From an uncultured Gammaproteobacteria bacterium (GTDB taxonomy: Bacteria > Pseudomonadota > Gammaproteobacteria > Steroidobacterales > XN24): a DNA stretch of 61,889 bases. The DNA lies in NCBI GenBank assembly GCA_965364575.1, contig CBDTYJ010000001.1, forward strand, positions 1 to 61,889. Reading direction: 5' to 3'. The notes under the pieces were generated by a model, which was not told the DNA's origin, did not search any database, and was given only the letters and a program-made list of their open reading frames with translations. The translations under genes and the position numbers were made by a program. Of the stretch, positions 9,252 through 23,094 are shown piece after piece. Each line of letters begins with the position of its first letter. Positions within the stretch are counted from its first letter, which is position 1.

Positions 9252-9839
9252 TCAGCCGCCGGGACTAGGCCGCGGAGTCGGCCGGTTTCCCGGGGCCAGC
9301 GGATTGGCGGGATTCTGTATCGACGTCTGCATCACGTAGAAGCGGACCGTCGCTGACTCGGCGACGGCGTTTCCCGAGCCGTCCGTCAGCACGGCCCTGA
9401 GAGTATGGGCGCCGCGAGGCACGCCATCGATGGTGAATCGTGTCGTCGCCCGGGGGATGCCATCGACGCTCTGGCCGTCGAGGAACAATTCCAGCCGGTG
9501 TCCGGTCCGGATCCGAGGATCGACATCCAGGGATATGTCCAGTGTGCCGCTGTTGTCCCGGATGGTCTGTTCAGGCGCGGGCTGGACGATCCTGAACGTC
9601 TGATAGAGATCGGCCGGGGATTCCTCCTCCGTACCCGCAGGGCTGCCGCTGGCTGGGGGCGCCGCAGCCGGCGTGGCCGGGGCCGAAAACGTCTGCACCT
9701 CGCCCAGTTCGATCCGCTCCGCTCCTGGGTGAGGTGTATCGGAAAAATGGATCACGCCATCTTTATCCACCCAGCGGTAAGCCTCTTCTCCGAAGACAGG
9801 CGTGACCACCAGGCAAACAATCAAAAGTATCCAGCGCAT
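9252..9839 (-). CDS. DUF4124 domain-containing secreted protein
   Basis: Signal peptide MRWILLIVCLVVTPVFG followed by YRWVDKDGVIHFSDTP (DUF4124 signature), a Pro/Ala linker and a beta-rich C-terminus. Start at ATG 9839. Confidence 0.8.
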   Translation of the reverse strand: MRWILLIVCLVVTPVFGEEAYRWVDKDGVIHFSDTPHPGAERIELGEVQTFSAPATPAAAPPASGSPAGTEEESPADLYQTFRIVQPAPEQTIRDNSGTLDISLDVDPRIRTGHRLELFLDGQSVDGIPRATTRFTIDGVPRGAHTLRAVLTDGSGNAVAESATVRFYVMQTSIQNPANPLAPGNRPTPRPSPGG

Positions 9840-9896
9840 ATGTAACCCTTCCAGACCCGGACCGCTCATAGCATAGCCCTCGCCGTCGCCGGAGAC

Positions 9897-9930
9897 AAAA
9901 AAACGGCGGGGAAGGCTCGCTCCCCCGCCG
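9897..9930 (-). terminator. Rho-independent terminator of glnA
   Basis: On the minus strand, an 8-bp GC stem (CGGCGGGG / CCCCGCCG; 9904-9911 pairs with 9923-9930) and an 11-nt loop are followed by T7 (9897-9903). It lies 22 nt after the glnA stop. Confidence 0.8.
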
Positions 9931-9951
9931 CCATTCGGGACTGGATTATGT

Positions 9952-11361
9952 TCAGAGGCTGAAGTACAGGTCGAATTCCACCGGATGGGTGGTCATCCGC
10001 AGCCGGGTCACTTCCTCCATCTTGAGGTCGATATAGGCGTTGATCACGTCGTCGGTGAATACCCCGCCGGCCACCAGGAACCCACGATCCTGATCCAGGG
10101 AATCGAGGGCCTGATCCAGGGAATAGCAGACCTCCGGTATGCCGAGGGATTCCTCGGCCGGCAGATCGTAAAGATCCTTGTCCAGGGCGTCGCCCGGATG
10201 GACCTTGTTCTGGATGCCGTCGAGGCCCGCCATCATCATCGCGGTGAAGGCGAAATACGGGTTGGCCATGGAATCCGGGAACCGCACCTCGATCCGCCGG
10301 CCCTTCGGATTGGGGATATAGGGGATGCGGATCGACGCGGACCGGTTACGCGCGGAATAGGCCAGCTTCACCGGCGCCTCGAACCCCGGCACCAGGCGCT
10401 TGTAGCTGTTGGTCGACGGGTTGGTGAATGCGTTCAGGGCCCTGGCATGCTTGATGATGCCGCCGATGTAGAACAGCGCGGTCTCCGACAGACCGCCGTA
10501 GGCTTCACCGCTGAACAGGTTCTTGCCGTCTTTCATCAGCGACTGATGGACGTGCATGCCGTTGCCGTTGTCACCGACCACCGGCTTGGGCATGAAGGTC
10601 GCGGTCTTGCCATAGGCCTGGGCTACGTTCATCACCACATACTTGAGGATCTGGACTTCATCGGCCTTGCGCACCAGCGAATTGAAGCCGACGCCGATCT
10701 CGCACTGACCGGCGGTGGCCACCTCGTGGTGATGGACCTCCGTCTTAAGACCCATCTCTTCCATGGTCAGGCACATGGCAGAGCGAATGTCGTGCAGGGA
10801 ATCAACCGGAGGCACCGGGAAGTACCCGCCCTTGACGCCGGGCCGGTGACCGAAGTTGCCGTCCTCGTACATCTTCTCGGAGTTCCATCCGGCCTCCGAG
10901 GAATCGATGGAGTAGAACGCACCTTTCATCTCGGCGCCCCAGCGCACGTCGTCGAAAATGAAGAACTCATTCTCCGGCCCGAAGTACGCCGTATCGGCGA
11001 TACCGCTGGACTTGAGATAGGCCTCGGCGCGTTTGGCCAGCGAGCGGGGGTCGCGCTCGTAGCCCTGCATGGTGGACGGTTCGATCACGTCACACGTGAT
11101 ATTGACGGTAACGTCCTCGGCAAACGGGTCGATCACGGCACTGCCGCCGTCGGGCATCAGGATCATGTCCGACTCGTTGATGCCCTTCCAGCCGGCGATC
11201 GAAGAGCCGTCGAACATCTTGCCGTCCTCAAAAAAATCGTCGTCCACCTGGGAGGACGGCACGGTGACGTGCTGCTCCTTGCCCTTGGTGTCGGTGAAGC
11301 GCAGATCGACAAACTTCACGTCTTTGTCTTTTATCAGGGCCAGTACATCAGCAGCGCTCAT
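9952..11361 (-). CDS. glnA: glutamine synthetase, type I
   Basis: [31 protein letters not shown]..., [17 protein letters not shown], and an adenylylation-site-like [11 protein letters not shown]. Start at ATG 11361. Confidence 0.96.
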   Translation of the reverse strand: MSAADVLALIKDKDVKFVDLRFTDTKGKEQHVTVPSSQVDDDFFEDGKMFDGSSIAGWKGINESDMILMPDGGSAVIDPFAEDVTVNITCDVIEPSTMQGYERDPRSLAKRAEAYLKSSGIADTAYFGPENEFFIFDDVRWGAEMKGAFYSIDSSEAGWNSEKMYEDGNFGHRPGVKGGYFPVPPVDSLHDIRSAMCLTMEEMGLKTEVHHHEVATAGQCEIGVGFNSLVRKADEVQILKYVVMNVAQAYGKTATFMPKPVVGDNGNGMHVHQSLMKDGKNLFSGEAYGGLSETALFYIGGIIKHARALNAFTNPSTNSYKRLVPGFEAPVKLAYSARNRSASIRIPYIPNPKGRRIEVRFPDSMANPYFAFTAMMMAGLDGIQNKVHPGDALDKDLYDLPAEESLGIPEVCYSLDQALDSLDQDRGFLVAGGVFTDDVINAYIDLKMEEVTRLRMTTHPVEFDLYFSL

Positions 11362-11461
11362 GGAAATCTTCCTCCGAAGTAATGTTAAGGATGCAGAGAC
11401 GCCGTTATCCGTGCCGCGGCGGCGGGCCGCGACCACAAACGGCGGTCAGTGGTCAGAGCCA

Positions 11462-11477
11462 AGCAGGAATCATGCCA
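11462..11477 (-). promoter_or_regulatory. sigma54 (-24/-12) promoter candidate for glnA
   Basis: The minus strand reads TGGCATGATTCCTGCT. GG and GC have the consensus spacing of TGGCAC-N5-TTGCW. The site is about 100 nt upstream of the glnA ATG. Confidence 0.65.
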
Positions 11478-11540
11478 CACTCGGACGGGTCACTGCGACG
11501 TGGGATGACGGGCGTCCGGCCGGGCCCCGCGGCCGGCGTA

Positions 11541-11588
11541 TGCACCGAAACCGTGCGTCCATCGTTGCCCATGCACCGCACTGGATCG
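11541..11588. promoter_or_regulatory. two candidate NtrC enhancer sites upstream of glnA
   Basis: TGCACCGAAACCGTGCG (11541-11557) and TGCACCGCACTGGATCG (11572-11588). The left half-sites TGCACC are perfect and the right halves match GGTGCA at 4/6 and 3/6. They are 31 bp apart and 65-125 bp upstream of the sigma54 promoter candidate. Confidence 0.5.
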
Positions 11589-11685
11589 GGCGCGCCGACG
11601 GCGACCCGGCCCAGCCGGCTCCTGGGTTATACTTTCCTGCTATTTGCAAGGAAACGCTGCCTCCGCGGCGGCCGTCCCGAAAGCT

Positions 11686-12621
11686 ATGACCGCGATCTCG
11701 GATCCTTCTCCGCCGGCGACTTTTCAACAGCTGCTGATGGCGCTTCAGGCCTACTGGGCGCGCCAGGGCTGCGTCATCCTGCAGCCCTATGACATGGAGA
11801 TGGGCGCCGGTACGTTCCACCCCGCCACGTTCCTGCGGGCCATCGGCCCGGAACCGTGGAGTGCCGCCTATGTGCAGCCTTGCCGGCGGCCGACGGACGG
11901 GCGTTACGGTGACAATCCCTTCCGGCTCCAGCACTACTACCAGTATCAGGTTGTCATCAAGCCGTCGCCCGTGGACATCCAGGATATCTACCTTGAGTCG
12001 CTGCGCGCCCTCGGCATCGATCCCCTGGTCCACGACATCCGCTTCGTCGAGGACAATTGGGAATCGCCCACGCTGGGCGCCTGGGGGCTCGGATGGGAAG
12101 TGTGGCTCAACGGCATGGAGATCACCCAATTCACCTATTTCCAGCAGGTGGGCGGCCTCGACTGCCGGCCGGTCACCGGCGAGATCACCTACGGTCTGGA
12201 ACGGATCGCCATGTATCTTCAAGGGGTGGAAAGCATCTTCGACCTGGTGTGGACCGACGGGCCGCTGGGGCGGGTGACCTATGGCGATGTCTATCGCCAG
12301 AACGAGGTGGAGATGTCCGCCTTCAATTTCGAGCATGCGGATACGGACGAGTTATTCCATCAGTTCGATTTTTACGAGCGCGCCTGTGAAGAGCTGCTGG
12401 CCAAAGACCTGCCTCTGCCGGCATATGAACAGGTCCTCAAGGCCTCCCATGCCTTCAACCTGCTGGACGCGCGCCATGCCATTTCGGTGACCGAGCGTCA
12501 GCGTTACATCCTGCGTGTCAGAGCGCTGGCCCGGGCCGTCGCCGAAGCCTATTTCGCCAGCCGCGAGGCCCTGGATTTTCCCATGTGCGCGGCGTCCGCC
12601 GGCGAGGCTGCCCATGGCTGA
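11686..12621 (+). CDS. glyQ: glycine--tRNA ligase alpha subunit
   Basis: [17 protein letters not shown]..., [32 protein letters not shown] and [14 protein letters not shown]. Start at ATG 11686. Confidence 0.96.
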   Translation: MTAISDPSPPATFQQLLMALQAYWARQGCVILQPYDMEMGAGTFHPATFLRAIGPEPWSAAYVQPCRRPTDGRYGDNPFRLQHYYQYQVVIKPSPVDIQDIYLESLRALGIDPLVHDIRFVEDNWESPTLGAWGLGWEVWLNGMEITQFTYFQQVGGLDCRPVTGEITYGLERIAMYLQGVESIFDLVWTDGPLGRVTYGDVYRQNEVEMSAFNFEHADTDELFHQFDFYERACEELLAKDLPLPAYEQVLKASHAFNLLDARHAISVTERQRYILRVRALARAVAEAYFASREALDFPMCAASAGEAAHG

Positions 12622-14698
12622 GCGGGCGGAGTGGCTGGTCGAGATCGGCACCGAGGAACTGCCGCCGAAATCGTTGAAAGATCTCCGCGACGCCTTCGCC
12701 GAGGCGTTGACCCGTGGTCTTGACGAGGCCGGACTGGGTTACGAGCGACTCAAGGCTTACGCCAGTCCGCGCCGCCTCGCGGTTCGCGTCAGCGCTCTGG
12801 CGCGGATACAGCCGCCGCGCACGGTGTCCCGGCGCGGCCCCCCGGTGACCGTCGCCCTGGATGCGGAAGGCGCACCGACCCGGGCCGGAGAGAAGTTCGC
12901 CGCCAGTTGCGGCGTCGACTTCGATCGACTCGGGCGCCTGGAGACGGACAAGGGTACTTACCTGTTCTACGAGGATGTGGAACCGGGTCTCTCCGCAGCG
13001 GAAATTCTCCCGCGGCTGGTGGAGGACGCCCTGGCCGCGCTGCCGGTGCCCCGGCGCATGCGCTGGGGCAGCAGTGACGCGGAATTCGTGCGCCCGGTCC
13101 ACTGGGTCGTGATGCTCCTCGATGACGCCGTGGTGCCGGCGACCCTCTTCGCCATCGACGCCGGTCGCGACACGCGTGGTCACCGCTTCCTGGCACCGGA
13201 ACCCATTACCATCGCCGGCGCGGCTGACTATCCCCGGGTGCTGGAAGACGGCGGCTATGTGGTGGCGGATTTCGGCCAGCGCCGCTCCCTGATCGAGACA
13301 TCCGTGGCGAAGCTGGCCGGGCAGCTCGATGGCCGCCCTCTCTATGACGATGCACTCCTGGACGAAGTAACCGCGCTGGTGGAATGGCCGGTGCCGGTCT
13401 CAGGCCGCTTCGAGGAACGTTTCCTGGAGCTGCCTCGCGAGGTCCTGGTCTCCACCCTGCAGGCGCACCAGCGATACTTTCCGGTCGAGGATGCGTCAGG
13501 CAATCTTCTGCCGCGGTTTATCACCGTCAGCAACCTCCCCAGTCGCGATCCGGCTCAGGTCAGCGCCGGCAACGAGCGGGTGGTGCGCCCGCGGCTGAGT
13601 GACGCGGCATTCTTTTATGACAGCGACCGTCGCCGGCCCCTGGCGAGCCGGTTCGACGGGCTCGCCGACGTCGTGTTTCAGAAGCGACTGGGGAGCCTGC
13701 AGGACAAGAGCCTGCGAGTCGCCTCGCTGGCCGGGGAGATCGCCCGGATCCTCGGATTCGATCCGGAGTCGGCATCGCGGGCAGCGCGGCTTGCGAAGTG
13801 CGATCTCCTCTCAGAGATGGTGGGTGAATTCCCGGATCTCCAGGGCGTGATGGGCCGCTATTACGCTCTGCACGACGGGGAGGCGGGAACGGTCGCCGAG
13901 GCCATCGGCGAACAGTATCTGCCCCGGTACGCCGGCGATACCTTGCCGGCCAGCGGCGTGGGCCAGGCGCTGGCGCTGGCGGACAAGCTGGACACGCTGA
14001 CCGGGATCTTCGCCATCGGCCAGCGCCCCTCCGGGACGCGCGACCCGTTCGGATTGCGGCGTGGTGCGCTGGGCGCCCTTCGGATAATGATCGAACACGA
14101 GCTGGATCTGGACCTGCTCGCACTCCTCAAGCAGGCGGCATCCCGTATACCGGGAGTCGGCGAGCCGGCGACGGTAGCCGACGAGGTGTTCGACTACATG
14201 ATGGAGCGACTCCGTTCCTACTACACGGAAGCCGATGAAGACCCGACCCCGGTCGAAGTGTTCGAGTCGGTGCTCGCCAAGCGCCCCTCCGCGCCGCTGG
14301 ATTTTCACCGCCGTATCGAGGCGGTACGCAGCTTTGCCGCGCTGCCGGCGGCCGGTAGCCTCGCCGCAGCCAACAAGCGGGTAGCGAATATCCTGCGCAA
14401 GGCCGACTACACCGGCGACGGCCAGACCGACCCGTCGCGGCTGGTTGAACCCGAGGAGCGACGGCTGTACGAGGATCTCGATCGGCTTCGGGACGAGGTG
14501 GGGCGGCTCATCGACAGCCGTCAGTATCGCGCGGGCCTGGAACGGCTGGCGACCTTGCGCGAACCGGTCGATGCGTTTTTCGACAAGGTCATGGTCATGG
14601 CCGACGAGCCCGAGCTACAGCGCAACCGCCTCGCATTGCTGAGTCAGATGCGCGAGTTGTTCCTGCGTACGGCGGATCTCTCCCGGCTGAGCGTCTAG
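12614..14698 (+). CDS. glyS: glycine--tRNA ligase beta subunit
   Basis: [21 protein letters not shown]... Start at ATG 12614, overlapping the glyQ stop by 8 nt. The rest of the track ORF upstream is out-of-context extension. Confidence 0.95.
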   Translation: MAERAEWLVEIGTEELPPKSLKDLRDAFAEALTRGLDEAGLGYERLKAYASPRRLAVRVSALARIQPPRTVSRRGPPVTVALDAEGAPTRAGEKFAASCGVDFDRLGRLETDKGTYLFYEDVEPGLSAAEILPRLVEDALAALPVPRRMRWGSSDAEFVRPVHWVVMLLDDAVVPATLFAIDAGRDTRGHRFLAPEPITIAGAADYPRVLEDGGYVVADFGQRRSLIETSVAKLAGQLDGRPLYDDALLDEVTALVEWPVPVSGRFEERFLELPREVLVSTLQAHQRYFPVEDASGNLLPRFITVSNLPSRDPAQVSAGNERVVRPRLSDAAFFYDSDRRRPLASRFDGLADVVFQKRLGSLQDKSLRVASLAGEIARILGFDPESASRAARLAKCDLLSEMVGEFPDLQGVMGRYYALHDGEAGTVAEAIGEQYLPRYAGDTLPASGVGQALALADKLDTLTGIFAIGQRPSGTRDPFGLRRGALGALRIMIEHELDLDLLALLKQAASRIPGVGEPATVADEVFDYMMERLRSYYTEADEDPTPVEVFESVLAKRPSAPLDFHRRIEAVRSFAALPAAGSLAAANKRVANILRKADYTGDGQTDPSRLVEPEERRLYEDLDRLRDEVGRLIDSRQYRAGLERLATLREPVDAFFDKVMVMADEPELQRNRLALLSQMRELFLRTADLSRLSV

Positions 14699-15256
14699 AT
14701 GACGACGCCGGGTCTGGTCGTCCTCGACCGGGACGGCGTGATCAATCGGGACCGGATGGATTTCGTCAGATCCCCGGAGCAATGGGTGCCGCTGCCCGGC
14801 AGTCTGGAAGCCATCGCGCTGCTGACCCGTGCCGGGTACACCGTGGCGGTGGCCAGCAACCAGTCAGGTCTCGGGCGGGGGTTGTTCGACAGGGACACCC
14901 TCGAAGCCATCCATCGGAAGATGCTCGGGGCCGTGGCTGCGGCGGGTGGCCGGATCGAAACTGTCGCCTTCTGCCCCCACCTGCCCGGCGAGGGGTGCGG
15001 ATGCCGCAAACCGGAGCCGGGCCTGTTGCGGATGGTCGCGGGAGAGCTGGGCCTGTCGCTCGAAGGCGCGCCCTGTATCGGCGACTCGGAGCGGGATATC
15101 CTCGCGGCCCGATCGGTGGGTGCCCGGCCGATCCTGGTTTTGACCGGAAACGGGATGACCGCCCGGATCGCCCTGGGCGAGAATGCGGGCGTGGAAGTCT
15201 TCGCCGATCTTCATACCGCGGCCGAGGCCCTGGTGAGGGAGACACAATCGTCGTGA
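14699..15256 (+). CDS. gmhB: D-glycero-beta-D-manno-heptose 1,7-bisphosphate 7-phosphatase
   Basis: HAD motif VVLDRDGVIN and Zn-binding CPHLPGEGCGCRKP. The ATG immediately follows the glyS stop. Confidence 0.9.
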   Translation: MTTPGLVVLDRDGVINRDRMDFVRSPEQWVPLPGSLEAIALLTRAGYTVAVASNQSGLGRGLFDRDTLEAIHRKMLGAVAAAGGRIETVAFCPHLPGEGCGCRKPEPGLLRMVAGELGLSLEGAPCIGDSERDILAARSVGARPILVLTGNGMTARIALGENAGVEVFADLHTAAEALVRETQSS

Positions 15257-15993
15257 TGATCCGATCGCTGCTCTTCACCGTACTGTTTTTTCTGTTGACC
15301 CTGGTGTTATCGGTAGCGGTCCTGATCGTGGCCCCGTTCGGTTTCGCCACGCGCTTCCAGGTCGGCGTTGTCTGGGCGCGGATCAATCTGTGGCTGCTCG
15401 AGCACCTGTGTGGTCTCGGATATGTCGTGGAAGGGAGCGGGAATATCCCGTCCGAGAATGGCATCGCGCTGATCAAGCACTCCTCCACGTTCGAGACCAT
15501 CGTGATCTTCCTGGTGTTTCCCCTCCAGTGCATCGTTCTGAAGCAGGAGCTGATGTGGATCCCTTTTCTGGGGTGGGCGCTGGCTCTGATAAAACCCATC
15601 GCCATCGATCGCAAGGCCCACCGATCCGCCGTGCGGCAGGTCGTGCACACGGGTACCGCTCGTCTTGAGGAGGGTCTGTGGGTCGTGATTTTTCCGGAAG
15701 GCACCCGCATGCCTCCGGGTAAGACCAGGCGCTATGGCATCAGCGGCGCTTTGCTTGCCAGCGAAACCGGCCGGCCGGTGATACCCGTTGCCCATAACGC
15801 CGGCGATTTCTGGCCCCGGCGCGAACTGAGAAAACGTCCCGGCACCATCCGCGTCGTCATAGGATCCCCGATCGATCCCCGGGGCAAGGATGCGGCCGCT
15901 ATCAATGACGAGGCCAAGGAGTGGATCGACCGCACTATGGCGGAAATCAGCCCCGCCCACGCCAGCGCTAACATCCCTCCAGAAAAGAGCTAA
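15256..15993 (+). CDS. plsC: 1-acyl-sn-glycerol-3-phosphate acyltransferase
   Basis: MIRSLLFTVLFFLL TM helix, acyltransferase motifs KHSSTFE (an HX4E variant of HX4D) and VIFPEGTR. TGATG overlap with gmhB. The 14782 track ORF upstream part is spurious. Confidence 0.85.
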   Translation: MIRSLLFTVLFFLLTLVLSVAVLIVAPFGFATRFQVGVVWARINLWLLEHLCGLGYVVEGSGNIPSENGIALIKHSSTFETIVIFLVFPLQCIVLKQELMWIPFLGWALALIKPIAIDRKAHRSAVRQVVHTGTARLEEGLWVVIFPEGTRMPPGKTRRYGISGALLASETGRPVIPVAHNAGDFWPRRELRKRPGTIRVVIGSPIDPRGKDAAAINDEAKEWIDRTMAEISPAHASANIPPEKS

Positions 15994-16068
15994 AGGTCAC
16001 TGAAAATCAGCGAAATGTCCCTAACGTTCGCGATCTAGCTAGAAGTTCGGCGGGGCTCTCGCTCTATT

Positions 16069-16127
16069 GAAGCCAAAAAAGTGGCTTCTGGGCAGTTGTG
16101 CCGGGAACGGAGCTTATCTGCAGATAA
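16069..16127. repeat. inverted repeats in the plsC/gyrB convergent spacer (possible bidirectional terminator)
   Basis: Hairpin GAAGCCA-aaaaag-TGGCTTC (16069-16088) and a perfect 14-bp palindrome TTATCTGCAGATAA (16114-16127). The spacer is visibly less G+C rich than its flanks. There is no clean T-tract. Confidence 0.4.
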
Positions 16128-16161
16128 CTGGCCGCTAAATGCCGCCAACATCCTGTTTCTG

Positions 16162-19676
<3,515 letters not shown>

Positions 19677-19688
19677 CCGCCCCCGGAA

Positions 19689-20786
19689 TCAGAGACGCAT
19701 GGGCATGACGACATACTGACAACCCTCGGTCCCCGCATCCCAGATCAGACAGCTGCTGCTCGGGTCGCTGATCTGGACGCTGACGCTATCGCCATCCAGC
19801 GCGCCCAGCGCGTCCATGAGGTAATTGACGTTGAAGCCGACCTCCATGGTATCCCCGTCGTAATTGACCTCCAGCTCTTCTTCTGCCTCCTCCTGTTCCG
19901 GATTATGGGCCTGGATCTTGAGCGCATTCTTGGCCATGTCCAGCCGGATTCCGCGGTATTTCTCGTTGGACAGAATGGCCGTGCGGTAAAGGGAGTGCCG
20001 CAAATCTTCCCGATCCGCCGAAATGAATTTGCCGTCCTGCTTGGGGATGACCCGCTGGTAATCGGGGAATCTGCCGTCGATCAGCTTCGAGGTAAAGCGG
20101 ATGTCATCGACCGCCACCCGGATATGGTTGGTACCCAAGGACAGAACCAGGTCGCCACTGTCTCCCAGCAAGCGTTGGAGTTCGAGCACGCCTTTACGGG
20201 GCACGATGACCTGATGATTGCCGTCCGCCGCGTCATCGATGGCCACATCACACAGGGCGAGACGGTGCCCATCGGTCGCCACTGCCCGCAACCGCTTCTT
20301 CTCGATTTCCAGCAGCAGACCGTTCAGATAATACCGGACGTCCTGATGGGCCATGGAGAACTGGGTCTTCTCGAGCAGCCGCTTCATGGATGCCTGGGGC
20401 AGAGAGATCGCCTGCTGGGCATGGATATCCTCGATCACCGGGAATTCCGTTGCCGGCAGCGTGGCCAGGGTGAAGCGGCTGCGGCCGGATCGCACCGTGG
20501 CTTTTTCGCCGGCGACATTGATCTCGATCCTGGCGCCTTCGGCGAGCGCCTTGCAGATATCCAGCAGCTTGCGACCCGGCAGAGTTGCTTCTCCGTCTCC
20601 GTCGGGGGTGATTTCGCCGGAGGCCACCAGCTCGACTTCCAGATCGGTGGCAGTCAGGTTGACCTTGCCGTCTCTGGCGACGATCAGAATATTCGCCAGG
20701 ATCGGCATGGTCTGGCGTCGCTCTACCACACCGATGACGGCCTGGAGGGGATCCAAAAAGGCCTCTCTGGTAGCACTCAGCTTCAT
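19689..20786 (-). CDS. dnaN: DNA polymerase III beta sliding clamp
   Basis: MKLSATREAFLDPLQAVIGVVERRQTMPILANILI...MPMRL, a typical DnaN sequence of 365 aa. Confidence 0.97.
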   Translation of the reverse strand: MKLSATREAFLDPLQAVIGVVERRQTMPILANILIVARDGKVNLTATDLEVELVASGEITPDGDGEATLPGRKLLDICKALAEGARIEINVAGEKATVRSGRSRFTLATLPATEFPVIEDIHAQQAISLPQASMKRLLEKTQFSMAHQDVRYYLNGLLLEIEKKRLRAVATDGHRLALCDVAIDDAADGNHQVIVPRKGVLELQRLLGDSGDLVLSLGTNHIRVAVDDIRFTSKLIDGRFPDYQRVIPKQDGKFISADREDLRHSLYRTAILSNEKYRGIRLDMAKNALKIQAHNPEQEEAEEELEVNYDGDTMEVGFNVNYLMDALGALDGDSVSVQISDPSSSCLIWDAGTEGCQYVVMPMRL

Positions 20787-20995
20787 CGTCTCTCCTGTTA
20801 ATAATCTTTAGATTTATTAAATCTAGTAGTTATTACTAGCAATGATCAGATCTGTGGATAAAAAATAATAATGTATATAAATCAATAATTTATGTTCGTT
20901 TTACCCGGCTCCGCATGGTATCCCGAGGCAACGGACAGGCTGGGCGGTACCTGTGGATAAGTTACGGGAGAAAAGTTGTCCACAGTTTGTCCAGT
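20787..20995. other. candidate chromosomal replication origin (oriC) in the dnaA-dnaN spacer
   Basis: Hand count gives 20 G+C in the 100 nt at 20801-20900. DnaA boxes are TGTGGATAA at 20853-20861 and 20952-20960 (both perfect) and TTGTCCACA at 20976-20984 (1 mismatch). Two GATC sites (20844, 20849) abut the first box. There is a palindrome TAGATTTA-T-TAAATCTA at 20809-20825. Confidence 0.7.
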
Positions 20996-22354
20996 TCATG
21001 CGGTCAGGGTTCTCAACAGGTTATCGTAGTCGTCCCGGATGCGTGTCTCGGTCTCCCGCAATCCCTTGACCCGTTTGCAGGCATGGATGACCGTCGTATG
21101 ATCCCGTCCGCCGAACGCGTCCCCTATTTCCGGAAGGCTGTGGCTGGTGAGTTCCTTGGCGAGAGCCATGGCGATCTGCCTGGGCCGGGTGATCATCCGG
21201 CTGCGGCGTTTTGAATGCAGGTCAGCGACCCGGATCTTGTAATAGTCGGCCACAGTTTTCTGGATGTTCTCGAGGGTGACCAGCCGCTCCTGCAGCGCCA
21301 GCAGATCCCTGAGGGCCTCGCGGGCAAAATCCAGCGTGATCGGCCGGCCGGTAAAGCGTGCGTTGGCGATAACCCGGCGCAGAGCCCCTTCCAGCTCCCG
21401 GACATTGGAGCGGATGCACTTGGCGATGAAAAAGGCGACCTCTTCCTGCAGATCGACGCCTTCGGCAGCCGCCTTCTTGAGCAGGATCGCCACACTGGTC
21501 TCCAGCTCCGGCGGCTCGATAGCGACGGTGAGGCCCCAGCCGAAGCGTGACTTGAGCCGTTCCTCCAGGCCGTTGACCTCTTTGGGATACCGATCACAGG
21601 TCAGTACGATCTGCTGCTGGCCTTCCAGTAACGCATTGAAAGTATGAAAGAATTCTTCCTGGGACCGGTCCTTTCCCGCGAAAAACTGGATGTCGTCGAT
21701 CAACAGAGCGTCCAGTGAGCGGTAGGCGCGTTTGAATTCGCTGATGGTGTTGTGCCGCAATGCCGAGACCATGTCGCCGACAAACCGTTCGGAGTGGACG
21801 TAGGCGATCCTGGCTTGGGGATTGACCTCGAGGATCGCGTTGCCGACGCCATGCATGAGATGGGTCTTGCCCAGCCCGACGCCCCCGTAAATGAAAAGCG
21901 GATTATAGGCGGCGCCTGGGTTGAGACCGACCTGGCAGGCCGCGGCGCGGGCCAGCTGGTTGCTTTTGCCCTCGACGAAGTTCTTGAACGTGAAGTCCGG
22001 ATTGAGCCGGCCACCCACCGCGATGCCGGGTGGTGGCCGGTAGTCCCGGGACGGTGACGGCGCCTGCCGGGGTGATGGGGTCTCCACAGCCGGCGGGACG
22101 ACCGCCGGTCGCCGCGTCCCTACCTCGATGACCAGGTCATAGTCACGGTTCTCGGCGCAGCGATTGACCACCGCGGAGATCTGATCGTAAAAGTGCTCCC
22201 GCACCCAGTCCACCACGAAACGGTTCGGTGCGAGCAGGCGCAGGGTCTGCTCCTCCTGAACGGCCTGCAGAGGACGGATCCAGGTGTTGAAATGCTGCTC
22301 GGGCAAATCGCTCTCGAGCCGCTGCACACACCGGTCCCATAGAGATCCGGGCAC
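20996..22354 (-). CDS. dnaA: chromosomal replication initiator protein DnaA
   Basis: AAA+ domain ([10 protein letters not shown]) and C-terminal DNA-binding domain ([23 protein letters not shown]). GTG 22354 is preferred: AGGAGA lies 9 nt upstream, and the resulting N-terminus [10 protein letters not shown] aligns with the MSxxLWxxC of other DnaA proteins. The TTG at 22381 is the track alternative. Confidence 0.93.
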   Translation of the reverse strand: MPGSLWDRCVQRLESDLPEQHFNTWIRPLQAVQEEQTLRLLAPNRFVVDWVREHFYDQISAVVNRCAENRDYDLVIEVGTRRPAVVPPAVETPSPRQAPSPSRDYRPPPGIAVGGRLNPDFTFKNFVEGKSNQLARAAACQVGLNPGAAYNPLFIYGGVGLGKTHLMHGVGNAILEVNPQARIAYVHSERFVGDMVSALRHNTISEFKRAYRSLDALLIDDIQFFAGKDRSQEEFFHTFNALLEGQQQIVLTCDRYPKEVNGLEERLKSRFGWGLTVAIEPPELETSVAILLKKAAAEGVDLQEEVAFFIAKCIRSNVRELEGALRRVIANARFTGRPITLDFAREALRDLLALQERLVTLENIQKTVADYYKIRVADLHSKRRSRMITRPRQIAMALAKELTSHSLPEIGDAFGGRDHTTVIHACKRVKGLRETETRIRDDYDNLLRTLTA

Positions 22355-22421
22355 TTCGGCGATTCTCCTGACACGGTACAAAACGACGAGGGGAGGCCGA
22401 GTCTATACCGGTTTCCGGAGG

Positions 22422-22430
22422 TTATCCACA
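22422..22430. promoter_or_regulatory. consensus DnaA box in the dnaA/rpmH divergent promoter region
   Basis: TTATCCACA is a perfect match, about 70 nt upstream of the dnaA start. It probably mediates dnaA autoregulation. Confidence 0.6.
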
Positions 22431-22452
22431 GGGCGTCGCGGCCGCCCGTTTC

Positions 22453-22481
22453 TTGACATCACATGGCCCCCTGCGTAGCAT
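22453..22481 (+). promoter_or_regulatory. sigma70-type promoter candidate for rpmH-rnpA-yidD-yidC
   Basis: TTGACA (22453-22458), a 17-nt spacer, then TAGCAT (22476-22481). It is about 80 nt upstream of the rpmH ATG. Confidence 0.6.
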
Positions 22482-22559
22482 TTCCGCCCTTTGCTGCGGG
22501 GCACAAGGTCCTGCCGTCGCCGAACTTAACCCGAACTCAACGAGCCAGAGACTGCAACG

Positions 22560-22694
22560 ATGAAGCGCACCTTCCAGCCCAGCAATCTTCGCCGTAAGCG
22601 CACCCATGGTTTCCGCGCCCGGATGGCTACCAAGAACGGACGGCAGATCCTCGCGCGGCGCCGGGCCAAGGGCCGCGCCCGACTGACGCCCTGA
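22560..22694 (+). CDS. rpmH: 50S ribosomal protein L34
   Basis: Too short for the ORF track. Hand translation gives [44 protein letters not shown], 44 aa. Confidence 0.96.
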   Translation: MKRTFQPSNLRRKRTHGFRARMATKNGRQILARRRAKGRARLTP

Positions 22695-22713
22695 CGGATC
22701 CCGGTAGCGTCTG

Positions 22714-23094
22714 GTGGGGGCGGTGGCCGGATCCGCAATCGATGCGCGATTCCGGCGTGATCATCGCCTCAACCTGAAGAGCGATTTCACGCGCGTCTTC
22801 AAACGCAGTCACCGATCGTCCGATCGTCTGTTCGTCGTACTGGCAGGCACCGGGGCGGCAGACGGCCCCCGCCTCGGGATGGCTATTTCCCTGAAGGCCA
22901 CGGGTCGAGCGGTCTCGAGGAATCGGATCAAGCGACTGGTGAGAGAATCGTTCCGCCAGCACCGCAGAAACTTACCGCCACTGGATTTCGTGGTCATGGC
23001 CCGCCCAGGCGTCGGCCGGGAGCCATCGGCCCGGATCGCAGAAAGCCTGCAAGCCCATTGGAACAGGATCGCAAGACAATGCGCCGAACCCTGA
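22714..23094 (+). CDS. rnpA: ribonuclease P protein component
   Basis: [23 protein letters not shown]...[17 protein letters not shown]...[10 protein letters not shown], with a GTG start. rpmH-rnpA synteny. Confidence 0.88.
   Translation: MGAVAGSAIDARFRRDHRLNLKSDFTRVFKRSHRSSDRLFVVLAGTGAADGPRLGMAISLKATGRAVSRNRIKRLVRESFRQHRRNLPPLDFVVMARPGVGREPSARIAESLQAHWNRIARQCAEP

Noticed and set aside
9985-11382. Long antisense ORFs opposite glnA (465 aa). Similar ORFs lie opposite mnmE (25271-26668), mnmG (29790-31520), prpC (45212-46558), atpA (53225-54643), yidC (23739-24971) and others.
   Set aside because: Same reasoning. Each overlaps a strongly conserved sense-strand gene and shows low-complexity Arg/Gly/Pro-rich sequence with no domain signatures.
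22355-22559. The rpmH-dnaA spacer as a Pseudomonas-style oriC.
   Set aside because: It has only one DnaA box (22422-22430) and is G+C rich with no unwinding element. It is better explained as dnaA autoregulation plus the rpmH promoter.
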